Source: Christensenellaceae bacterium (lineage in GTDB: Bacteria > Bacillota > Clostridia > Christensenellales > UBA1242). Taken from it: a stretch of 64,000 bases of DNA. Positions 28,938 through 36,497 of the stretch are shown here, in pieces. Location of the stretch: contig JAIRQZ010000032.1 of NCBI GenBank assembly GCA_031256235.1, positions 5,224 through 69,223 on the forward strand, in the 5' to 3' direction. Below the pieces are notes generated by a model, which searched no databases, had not been told where the DNA came from, and saw nothing but the letters and a program-made list of their open reading frames with translations. The position numbers and the translations under genes are program-made. Position 1 is the first letter of the stretch, and every line of letters begins with the position of its first letter.

Positions 28938-29691
28938 TGTCGCTTTCCTTTTTTGTTTTAAATGAAGTCCATGTTTGATTCAGATTTATTATACACCTTG
29001 GGTCATAGTCGCAATTTTTCAAAAACTCCTCTACCCTTGCAATGTCCCCGACGCGCTTGGGCGAATGGGCGTCGGTATTGATTACGAATTTTGCGCCAAG
29101 CGCCACCATGTGTTCGAAGTCGATTGGTCGAAAGGAAATTTTTTTTGCGGAAAGTTCCAATGCTGTGCCTTTTTCGATACAAGTTCTTGCGACCTCGACC
29201 ACATTCAATTTGAAGTATCGGTTAGGGTGCGTCCATATGTCAATTTGGTTTTTTTCTATGACGCGCTTCACAATGTTTGTGTTACGCCTTTTCAAAAACC
29301 CAGGGACAAAATGAAGCGAATTGAAAAACACATTGGGCAAAAAGAAAGTGAAGAATCCGCGCAAAGAATAAAAAATTGCGACGTGCACACCGAACAGCAC
29401 AATGTCCAACTTTTGACGCATCTTGTCATCAAGGTCGATATGTCCGTCGACGGACACAACGTTGGACTCGACGCCCAACAAAATCGGCATTTCGCTTCGG
29501 GCGCTTTCGACGTCACTTACAAGCCTGTTAAAGTTTTTACGCCTTAACCCATTAAAAATTTTGTTGAAACTATGGTCGGTTATGGCAATCTCTTTAAGGT
29601 CGCGGTCTTTTGCAGCACGAACCATGTCAAGAACCGAGGCCTCGCCATCACTGTAATAAGTGTGCATATGATAATCGCCAAAAATCTTCAT
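28870..29691 (-). CDS. PHP-domain metal-dependent phosphoesterase
   Basis: MKIFGDYHMHTYYSDG...IAITDHS...NTDAHSP (PHP His/Asp motifs). ATG 29691 is preferred (TTGATT-N17-CATACT-N6-ATG); the track start is GTG 29697. The 3' end overlaps whiA-like by 68 nt. Confidence 0.72.
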   Translation of the reverse strand: MKIFGDYHMHTYYSDGEASVLDMVRAAKDRDLKEIAITDHSFNKIFNGLRRKNFNRLVSDVESARSEMPILLGVESNVVSVDGHIDLDDKMRQKLDIVLFGVHVAIFYSLRGFFTFFLPNVFFNSLHFVPGFLKRRNTNIVKRVIEKNQIDIWTHPNRYFKLNVVEVARTCIEKGTALELSAKKISFRPIDFEHMVALGAKFVINTDAHSPKRVGDIARVEEFLKNCDYDPRCIINLNQTWTSFKTKKESDSDTQQNQTTDTSKKPKRWRRWF

Positions 29692-29731
29692 GTCCACAGT
29701 ATGTGCCTAAACCTTTTATAAATCAATAAAA

Positions 29732-32700
29732 TTATGCTTCTTTGCGACGCAAAAAGTACAAAACAACAAGCCCAGCAACCGCAACAAGTCCAACTCCGCC
29801 ACCGATAAGCCCGAACAACAAGCCATTTGGTGCGCCACCTTTAGTTCCGCCACCCGTGCTTGCTTGAAGTGCGCCACTTGCAGGCTTTGTGCGTACTGTA
29901 TCAACAAATACGATGCCTTCGTTATAGTTTTCGTCGCCGATAAATTTCATGTAAATGTCATACTCTTCATCCGAACGCAAATTTTCAAACGAGCAATCGG
30001 CATACCATTCTGCATCTTCGGCCAAACTTTGACCTTTTCGTGTGATTGAGTATTGCACCTCTTGACCGTTATAGTAATGTTTGCCGTCGTTGCCGATTTC
30101 AATGCCTGTTTCGATTATAACAAGGTCAATTGCGTTTTTATCGCTGTTAACTTCACTGAATTTGCCGTTCCATTCTGTGCTTGGAGCCTTTGCGATAACC
30201 AATGTTTTGCTTTCGGTTACTTCGCAGTAATTATCGTTGCCCGTATACGTGACGACAACGGTGTATGTTCCAACTGCGGTAGGCGCGTTGTCAAGTTTAG
30301 TCGCGTCCTTATAGTATTCGACTGTCGAATTGTCGTATGTGCCTGTGATACTTGTTTTTACAGTTCCTGTTTTACCATAAACCCAACCATCGGTTCCCGT
30401 AATTGTAAGAACTCCTGTTGCGCGTTCAATCACGATTGTAACGGCCGAATCAAACACGGTTTCGGCGACATCGTCTGTGCCGTGTACTGTGATTACCACA
30501 ATATATTCGCCCACAAGAGTTGGGATTTCGGTAAATGTTTCTGTTGTACCGACTTTGACAAATTCGATAGTATAATCGTCAAAGTATTCACTTAAGTCGA
30601 TAACGATGCTGTCGCCGTATGTTGCCTCGATGACAAGGTCAACAAGTTCGTCGGGCAATGCATAGAACGGCAAATCCGAGATAGTGAATTTGCGTGTAGC
30701 GGTGTGCGACAGATAGTTCGCGGACTCGGCCCAAACGGCACGAATCGTATAGTCGCCAGGGATAAAGAATCCGTCTGCATCAAGTGGCAACGCCGACATC
30801 CAAATACCGTCCTCGCCCGCGTATTCAAAGGTCGGGATTACACCTGACCATTCTTCGACGAATGTTGTGGTGCTGTATGGGTTTGCAATTTGGTCGAATC
30901 TCCAACCAGTAATCCTTACCGAGCCATTACCTACGCCCTTTGCAATCACAAGTTCGCCCACAATAAATGCCACGCTTGCGTTGTAATAAGTTCCCGCCGA
31001 CAATGTTACTTCGACTTGATATGTACCCGCGTTGACGGGCTTGATATCCGAGTCGTAACCGTTGCCGATATAGCGAACGCTTACAATGCCGTCGTATTCA
31101 GGGAACACAGGTGCGTATTCAACCAACACATTATAGACATTACCGTACACTACGCCAGAGGCGATTTCGACAAGTACGTCCGCGGTGTTGATGTCGTGTT
31201 TTTGGATTGAGAACGTCAAAACAATATCGGTATAAACATAATTTGTACCTTCAAGCGTTATTTTAAGTTGATAATTTCCTATGATTGTAGGTTGTATGCC
31301 TTTGGCTAATCTTACGCCAAATTCATCAAAAGGACGGCTACCCGTTGCAATGTCGGTATAGTCGGCCGTGCATGAACTTACATCGCCGAATGCATTAGCA
31401 TAGTCAACGATGATGCTGTGTTCCAACTCGCCGTATTTCCATGTGATGTTCTCTCCACCAAAGACTTGTACTCCGCCGAAAGTGACAGGCACGATACCCG
31501 CTTTTTTAGAAACAGTAACCGTTACGATTTTGTTTTCAACTTTTTTATAATTGCCGTTCGGGTCTGTCCAAGACGCAAAGAATTTTTGCTCGCCAGTTAC
31601 CCCGCCCCAGGTTACATCGTCAACAACAAGACTTTGTCCCGCATCCCATGTCCAGTTTGCAGGCAACTTGGCATTGGTGAGGGTATCGCCATACGTCGCG
31701 ACGATTCCTGTCGGAGTACCACCCGTGACTGCATCGGTTGCAGTGCCGACAGTTATAGTAAACAGTTGGTTTAATTCACCGACTTTAACGCCAGAATTGT
31801 TTATGATATCGGCCGTCATAAGGTAATCTGTGCCGACCGAGTTCGGCAATGCCGTCGAGCCGTTGTATCTTATAGTGTTGCGAGTTGCGGTGATGTTTAC
31901 GTTGTTGGCATCTCCCCACTCCGCAACATCGGTCGGTAAGGTCGGTACAAAGTTGGTAACGCCATAAGCCGTACTAATCGCGCTTCCCGCATTGACAACG
32001 CCGTTCGCGGTCAAAACAGGTATTGAATAAAATCGGGCTTCGTAAGCGGTTTGAACCAAGTCAAAATCCGAGGTATTAAGTGACAATTTTTTGATTGGGT
32101 CTCCGTGGCTGTCCCATTGAACAAAGAAGTTGTTGGCTTTCCAATTTGCGCTGACAATATTATTGCGAACATTCAAAAATGTTCGTACAGGATTGCCGAT
32201 TTTTACTTCAAGGCCAGCAATATCGGCCGTGGAAGTCGCCGAAACCGTACCCTTGTTTGTGTCGTTGGACGCGAAAGTGATGCTGTTTGGAATTTCGGTA
32301 TAAGTGGTTGTATAGGTAAGGCCTTCGAAAACTGCGGCAGATTGCATGTTTGCGCTTGCGGTGCTGTCGTATCCGCTACAATGGCTGGACAGTTTAACCC
32401 AAAATCCGCCATTCGTTGCGACGTTGACCATTTGTTCCGAAGTCAATGAATATGAAAGGCTTCGGAAAGCGTTCCAGTTATTATTTGCGGTTCCTGTGAA
32501 ACCATAGTGCGTTCCCGCTCCGCCCGAAGTAGAGTTGCGCGGTGAAGAATAAATATCTCCCTTGCGACTGTCGGACATACGACGTGTATCCATTCCTGGA
32601 TTTGATGCACCGCCACCGCCATAGTTAAAGGCAAGCGGGCTTGTATTTTGTTTGTAACTTAAGTCAAAAAAGGTCTCGGTACCACCGTGGGCCGTTGTTG

Positions 32701-33985
32701 TGATGCGGTCTATGTTGGCGGCAACACCAAAATAAAATGTGAAATCAAAAGTACGCAAAACTCCGCGCTTCATCGCTTCGTTCAAATCACCGCCTACATT
32801 AACCCATACTTGCAAAGCCATAGTCGCGGCTTCTTGGCTTCCAAAAAGGTCGTAACTGTTGGATTTATTAAGATAGTTGCTGTATGCAAGTGCATTGCCT
32901 TGGTTGCTGTTTTGCGGGCCGCGTTGACGGATGTCATATGACCCAGTCCATTCGGTTGTGCCCATTCTTTTCGTGGAACCGCTTGCCGCCAAATCATTCA
33001 AGTCCATTACATATCCGCTTGAGGCATTGAACGGAGTGTTGAATACTCGGCGAGTGTCGGTACCTTTTTTGCTACCATCGCCGATGTTCCCGTTAAGCCC
33101 CGAACCCGAAGAGATGATGTCTTGTTTAAGTTTGGTTTCCGAAGCGCCCTTGATACCTTCCCTTGGGTTGCAAGTAATGCCTTCCAAAACGCAAGCGGCT
33201 TCAGCCCACAAAGTGCCGGAGCCAGAGTTATTTGCAAACGCGAACATTTTGACCCAAAAGTATCCACGGCTTGCCAATTCTGTTAACTTTGTGCCTGTGA
33301 AATTGTAATAAGATTCACGCCAACCGCAAGCATTTTTCGAATTATTTTGCACCATACCTTCGTTGCGTTGGGTGCCTGTGCTTGGGTTAAGTGTCCTTGT
33401 GCCTGTGTATGCGCTGTAGATATTGCCTGCACCGCGAAGGCTGTTTGCGTCGGTTGCGACGTCGGCAGAGTTCAAATCAAAAAAGCCTTGCAATGTCGCC
33501 CCGCCACCGTTCGAGAAGGCATATATTGCATATGTAAATCCGAACTCGACGCTTGTTACTGTTTTGTTGTTGATTGCGGACAAAAGGTTACCGTTGACCG
33601 CGACTTTGACTTGGACAGACTTTGCAAAGTTCACACTTCCGCCAGAGTTGCTTGAACCAAAGTCTGTATACGCAACAGGCGCAGGTGCATACCCGTTTCC
33701 AATCAAGGTCGAGTTTTCCGGACCACGCTTACGCATATCTTCGTTTATGTAATTGCTTGTCCCAAAATACGGCCTTACTGTTGTACCGACCAAGCCGTAC
33801 CCAACATTCGAAAAACTTACATCGTTGTTGCGGATTACATTTCCGCTTCGTTGTGCGGTGTCCGCGGCAGCATGCAGTTTGGCACCGCCAAAATCGGCAC
33901 CGCCAACCATTGCCACGCCAAACGCCAACATTGCTATCATTACTATGCCTGCGAACGCAGACAAGACATATTTAAATTGTTTCAT
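29732..33985 (-). CDS. 1417-aa cell-surface protein (signal peptide, duplicated novel N-domain, MBG-like Ig repeats, C-terminal TM anchor)
   Basis: N-terminal signal/TM. C-terminal GLLFGLIGGGVGLVAVAGLVVLYFLRRKEA. Repeated ...GTYxVxVT...NY...xIxKA modules (e.g. VGTYTVVVTYTGNDNYCEVTESKTLVIAKA). GAGGAG RBS. Confidence 0.8.
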   Translation of the reverse strand: MKQFKYVLSAFAGIVMIAMLAFGVAMVGGADFGGAKLHAAADTAQRSGNVIRNNDVSFSNVGYGLVGTTVRPYFGTSNYINEDMRKRGPENSTLIGNGYAPAPVAYTDFGSSNSGGSVNFAKSVQVKVAVNGNLLSAINNKTVTSVEFGFTYAIYAFSNGGGATLQGFFDLNSADVATDANSLRGAGNIYSAYTGTRTLNPSTGTQRNEGMVQNNSKNACGWRESYYNFTGTKLTELASRGYFWVKMFAFANNSGSGTLWAEAACVLEGITCNPREGIKGASETKLKQDIISSGSGLNGNIGDGSKKGTDTRRVFNTPFNASSGYVMDLNDLAASGSTKRMGTTEWTGSYDIRQRGPQNSNQGNALAYSNYLNKSNSYDLFGSQEAATMALQVWVNVGGDLNEAMKRGVLRTFDFTFYFGVAANIDRITTTAHGGTETFFDLSYKQNTSPLAFNYGGGGASNPGMDTRRMSDSRKGDIYSSPRNSTSGGAGTHYGFTGTANNNWNAFRSLSYSLTSEQMVNVATNGGFWVKLSSHCSGYDSTASANMQSAAVFEGLTYTTTYTEIPNSITFASNDTNKGTVSATSTADIAGLEVKIGNPVRTFLNVRNNIVSANWKANNFFVQWDSHGDPIKKLSLNTSDFDLVQTAYEARFYSIPVLTANGVVNAGSAISTAYGVTNFVPTLPTDVAEWGDANNVNITATRNTIRYNGSTALPNSVGTDYLMTADIINNSGVKVGELNQLFTITVGTATDAVTGGTPTGIVATYGDTLTNAKLPANWTWDAGQSLVVDDVTWGGVTGEQKFFASWTDPNGNYKKVENKIVTVTVSKKAGIVPVTFGGVQVFGGENITWKYGELEHSIIVDYANAFGDVSSCTADYTDIATGSRPFDEFGVRLAKGIQPTIIGNYQLKITLEGTNYVYTDIVLTFSIQKHDINTADVLVEIASGVVYGNVYNVLVEYAPVFPEYDGIVSVRYIGNGYDSDIKPVNAGTYQVEVTLSAGTYYNASVAFIVGELVIAKGVGNGSVRITGWRFDQIANPYSTTTFVEEWSGVIPTFEYAGEDGIWMSALPLDADGFFIPGDYTIRAVWAESANYLSHTATRKFTISDLPFYALPDELVDLVIEATYGDSIVIDLSEYFDDYTIEFVKVGTTETFTEIPTLVGEYIVVITVHGTDDVAETVFDSAVTIVIERATGVLTITGTDGWVYGKTGTVKTSITGTYDNSTVEYYKDATKLDNAPTAVGTYTVVVTYTGNDNYCEVTESKTLVIAKAPSTEWNGKFSEVNSDKNAIDLVIIETGIEIGNDGKHYYNGQEVQYSITRKGQSLAEDAEWYADCSFENLRSDEEYDIYMKFIGDENYNEGIVFVDTVRTKPASGALQASTGGGTKGGAPNGLLFGLIGGGVGLVAVAGLVVLYFLRRKEA
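32306..33823 (-). repeat. internal tandem duplication of a ~220-240-aa domain within the surface protein
   Basis: Residues ~55-272 versus ~318-560 share ordered anchors: MRKRGPENS/IRQRGPQNS, FFDL/FFDL, GYFWVKM/GGFWVKL, VLEGIT/VFEGLT. Confidence 0.6.
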
Positions 33986-34079
33986 TAAAGGATTCTCCTC
34001 GAAATTTATGTGAATTTTTAAATATATTATATTTTAAAACCGGATTTCGCCGATAATAGATATATATTACACGAAACTA

Positions 34080-34108
34080 TTGCTAATGTCAATACCTTTT
34101 GGTATATT
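34080..34108 (+). promoter_or_regulatory. sigmaA-type promoter for tRNA-Leu
   Basis: TTGCTA (34080-34085) - 17 nt incl. TGg - TATATT (34103-34108), 9 nt before the tRNA 5' end. Confidence 0.45.
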
Positions 34109-34117
34109 AAGTAACTT

Positions 34118-34202
34118 GCGACCGTGGCGGAACTGGCAGACGCGCAGGACTAAGGATCCTGTCTTTCACGAGGTGGAGGTTCAACCCCTCTCGGTCGCAC
34201 CA
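34118..34202 (+). tRNA. tRNA-Leu, anticodon reads AAG (A34), type II, CCA encoded
   Basis: Acceptor GCGACCG/CGGTCGC; D stem GCG/CGC; anticodon stem CAGGA/TCCTG with 7-nt loop CTAAGGA (U33-AAG-G37); long variable arm; T arm GGAGG-TTCAACC-CCTCT; A + CCA. Confidence 0.85.
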
Positions 34203-34270
34203 AACGGAACAAATAAGAACCAGATTTGTCCCCAAAAGAAAGCAATTGACTGTCTTTTTTATATAAACTT

Positions 34271-34299
34271 TTGACACTTTTTTTACCATGGTTTAGAAT
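34271..34299 (+). promoter_or_regulatory. promoter of MTase-MTase-nuclease operon
   Basis: TTGACA (34271-34276) - 17 nt - TAGAAT (34294-34299). ATG 34310 is 10 nt downstream with no SD (very short leader). Confidence 0.5.
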
Positions 34300-34309
34300 A
34301 AATATAACT

Positions 34310-34927
34310 ATGGCGCGAAAAACATTTGATAATGCCAAAAAAGCAAAGAATGACGAGTTTTATACACAACTCGCGGATATTGAAAATGAAATGAGACATT
34401 ATCGCAATCAGTTTCGCGGAAAGGTTGTATTCTGCAACTGTGATGACCCTTATGAAAGTAACTTTTTTAAATACTTCGCCATGAACTTTAAGTTTCTTGA
34501 ATTAAAAAAACTTATTGCCACTTGTTATATCGGGTCGCCAATTGCGAACAAAGAACTATCCTTGTTTCCACATGAAAGTGTGGAAAATAAAACAACAAAA
34601 GCACCGCATAAGATTGTTATCAATGAAGCCATTGATGAAAACAAAGACGGCGCGTTTGATTTACAAGACATTGTAACGTCACTTACAAATAATAAAAAGA
34701 ACACATTGACGCGACTGAATAGTGACGGCGATTTTCGTTCGGCCGAATGTGTCGCATTGTTAAAAGAAGCCGACATTGTAGTAACAAATCCGCCATTTTC
34801 ATTATTCAGAGAATATGTTGGGCAACTTGTAGATAATAAAAAAGATTTCATTATCGTTGGTAATATCAATGCTATTACGTATAAAGATATATTCCAACTT
34901 ATAAAAGAAAATAAATTGTGGCTTGGC
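34310..34927 (+). repeat. tandem paralogous repeat, copy 1 (catalytic module of M1)
   Basis: Codons 1-206 of M1 against codons 1-206 of M2: 165/206 identical residues by hand alignment, no indels, offset 1108 bp. Confidence 0.85.
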
Positions 34928-35437
34928 AATACGCATCGGAATCGCGGGCTTGGCATGTTTTTTGATATTCCCGAAAGTGTAAATACCGAAACTGCGACTC
35001 GATTAAAAGACGGAAAAATATTTATTGGCGGTGCAGTTTGGTTTACAACATTAGATACACCAATCAATCATCAAAAGATGACTTTTTATAAGAATTATAA
35101 AGGGAATGAGAGCGAATATATTAAATACGACAATTATGACGCGATAGAAATCAGCAAAACTAAAAATATTCCTGACGATTATTATGGTGCTATGGGCGTA
35201 CCAATCACTTTCCTAAATAGTGGATATAATCAAGAACAATTTGAGATATTAGGGTTCACGCACAGAAATGACCCGTATAAATTAAAAACAAAAATATATA
35301 CAAAAAATGACGCGGAAAACTTTAATGATTTGAATGGAAGCCCAATCATCAGAAGTGGCGATGATGTTAGATTTGCTTATATGCGAATAATTATTAAACG
35401 GAAAAGGGAAACACGGAATGGCAACAAAAAACTTTGA
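34310..35437 (+). CDS. N6-adenine DNA methyltransferase, EcoRI-methylase-like (M1)
   Basis: KNDEFYTQLADIE...GKVVFCNCDDPYESNFFKYF N-terminal region as in EcoRI-type MTases (by recall). Catalytic motif IV VVTNPPF at 34787-34798. ATG 34310 (MARKTF); the track TTG 34271 is the -35 box. Confidence 0.85.
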   Translation: MARKTFDNAKKAKNDEFYTQLADIENEMRHYRNQFRGKVVFCNCDDPYESNFFKYFAMNFKFLELKKLIATCYIGSPIANKELSLFPHESVENKTTKAPHKIVINEAIDENKDGAFDLQDIVTSLTNNKKNTLTRLNSDGDFRSAECVALLKEADIVVTNPPFSLFREYVGQLVDNKKDFIIVGNINAITYKDIFQLIKENKLWLGNTHRNRGLGMFFDIPESVNTETATRLKDGKIFIGGAVWFTTLDTPINHQKMTFYKNYKGNESEYIKYDNYDAIEISKTKNIPDDYYGAMGVPITFLNSGYNQEQFEILGFTHRNDPYKLKTKIYTKNDAENFNDLNGSPIIRSGDDVRFAYMRIIIKRKRETRNGNKKL

Positions 35438-36035
35438 CGGGGCAAAGCGGAATAAAGCCGATGAGTTTTACACTCAACTTTCTGACATTGAAAAAGAAAT
35501 GCGTTTTTACCGTGAGCAGTTTCGTGGCAAAGTCGTCTTTTGCAACTGTGACGACCCATTTGAAAGTAACTTTTTCAAATATTTCGCAATTAACTTCAAA
35601 TTTCTCGAACTAAAGCAACTGATTGCAACTTGCTATATAGGCTCGCCAATCGCGAATAAAGAACTGTCTTTGCTCCCACATGAAAGTGTGGAAAATAAAA
35701 CAACGAAAGCGCCACACAAAATTGTTATAAATGAGGCGGTTGACGAAAACAATGACGGTGCTTTTGATTTGCCAGATATTATTTTATCTTTAACCAAAAA
35801 TAAAAACAACACATTGACACGCTTGAATGATGACGGTGATTTCCTCTCCGCTGAATGTATTGAATTGTTAAAACAAGCAGATATTGTAGCCACTAATCCA
35901 CCATTTTCATTATTTCATGAGTTCATAGACCTAATCATAAAACATAAAAAACATTTTATCATTATAGGGAATCAAAATGCGATAACGTATAAAGACATAT
36001 TTGCTCTTATAAAAGCAAATAAATTATGGCTTGGC
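35418..36035 (+). repeat. tandem paralogous repeat, copy 2 (catalytic module of M2)
   Basis: See copy 1. DNA stretches are near-identical (e.g. ccacatgaaagtgtggaaaataaaacaac in both). Confidence 0.85.
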
Positions 36036-36497
36036 TTATCCATGAATGGCAGTAACCGTTGGTTTAGGGTTCCAAATGACTATGCGTTTAGTGAAAATGC
36101 AAAACACAAAGTTGACGAACAAGGGTATCATTACATTTTTGTAAACAATGTTGTATGGTATACAAACATGGATACACCAAAAAGACATGAAAGAATTACT
36201 TTTTATAAAAAGTATTCAAAGACAGAACACAAGCACTTTGATAATTACAATGCAATAAACGTAGACAAAGTAACAGACATACCTACTGATTATTTTGGTG
36301 ATATAGGTGTGCCTATCTCGTTTATGCACAAATATAATCCAGAACAATTTGAAATTGTTGATGCCTTAAATCGTTACGCATTATTAGACACTCAAAACAC
36401 TAACGAAGCGGTTCGTAATGCAAAATCGCATACTTGTAATATTAACGGTATTGCCACATACTTTAGAATTGTCGTTCGCAAAAAGGAGAATACATGA
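35418..36497 (+). CDS. N6-adenine DNA methyltransferase, EcoRI-methylase-like (M2)
   Basis: Paralogue of M1 (KADEFYTQLSDIE..., VVFCNCDDPFESNFFKYF, IVATNPPF at 35895-35906). Divergent C-terminal ~150 aa. The start overlaps M1 by 20 nt. Confidence 0.85.
   Translation: MATKNFDGAKRNKADEFYTQLSDIEKEMRFYREQFRGKVVFCNCDDPFESNFFKYFAINFKFLELKQLIATCYIGSPIANKELSLLPHESVENKTTKAPHKIVINEAVDENNDGAFDLPDIILSLTKNKNNTLTRLNDDGDFLSAECIELLKQADIVATNPPFSLFHEFIDLIIKHKKHFIIIGNQNAITYKDIFALIKANKLWLGLSMNGSNRWFRVPNDYAFSENAKHKVDEQGYHYIFVNNVVWYTNMDTPKRHERITFYKKYSKTEHKHFDNYNAINVDKVTDIPTDYFGDIGVPISFMHKYNPEQFEIVDALNRYALLDTQNTNEAVRNAKSHTCNINGIATYFRIVVRKKENT

Noticed and set aside
34271-34309. ORF-track TTG start at 34271 for M1 (MTLFLPWFRINIT...)
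   Set aside because: The TTG is the first base of a consensus TTGACA -35 box. The homologous N-terminus of the paralogue M2 (MATKNFDGAK) aligns with ATG 34310 (MARKTFDNAK).
34525-35893. Antisense ORFs 34525-35067 (180 aa) and 35633-35893 (86 aa) inside the two MTase genes, with similar sequences to each other
   Set aside because: Their similarity simply mirrors the M1/M2 tandem duplication on the opposite strand. They have no start signals, show low-complexity hydrophobic or Ser-rich composition, and lie fully inside well-supported genes.
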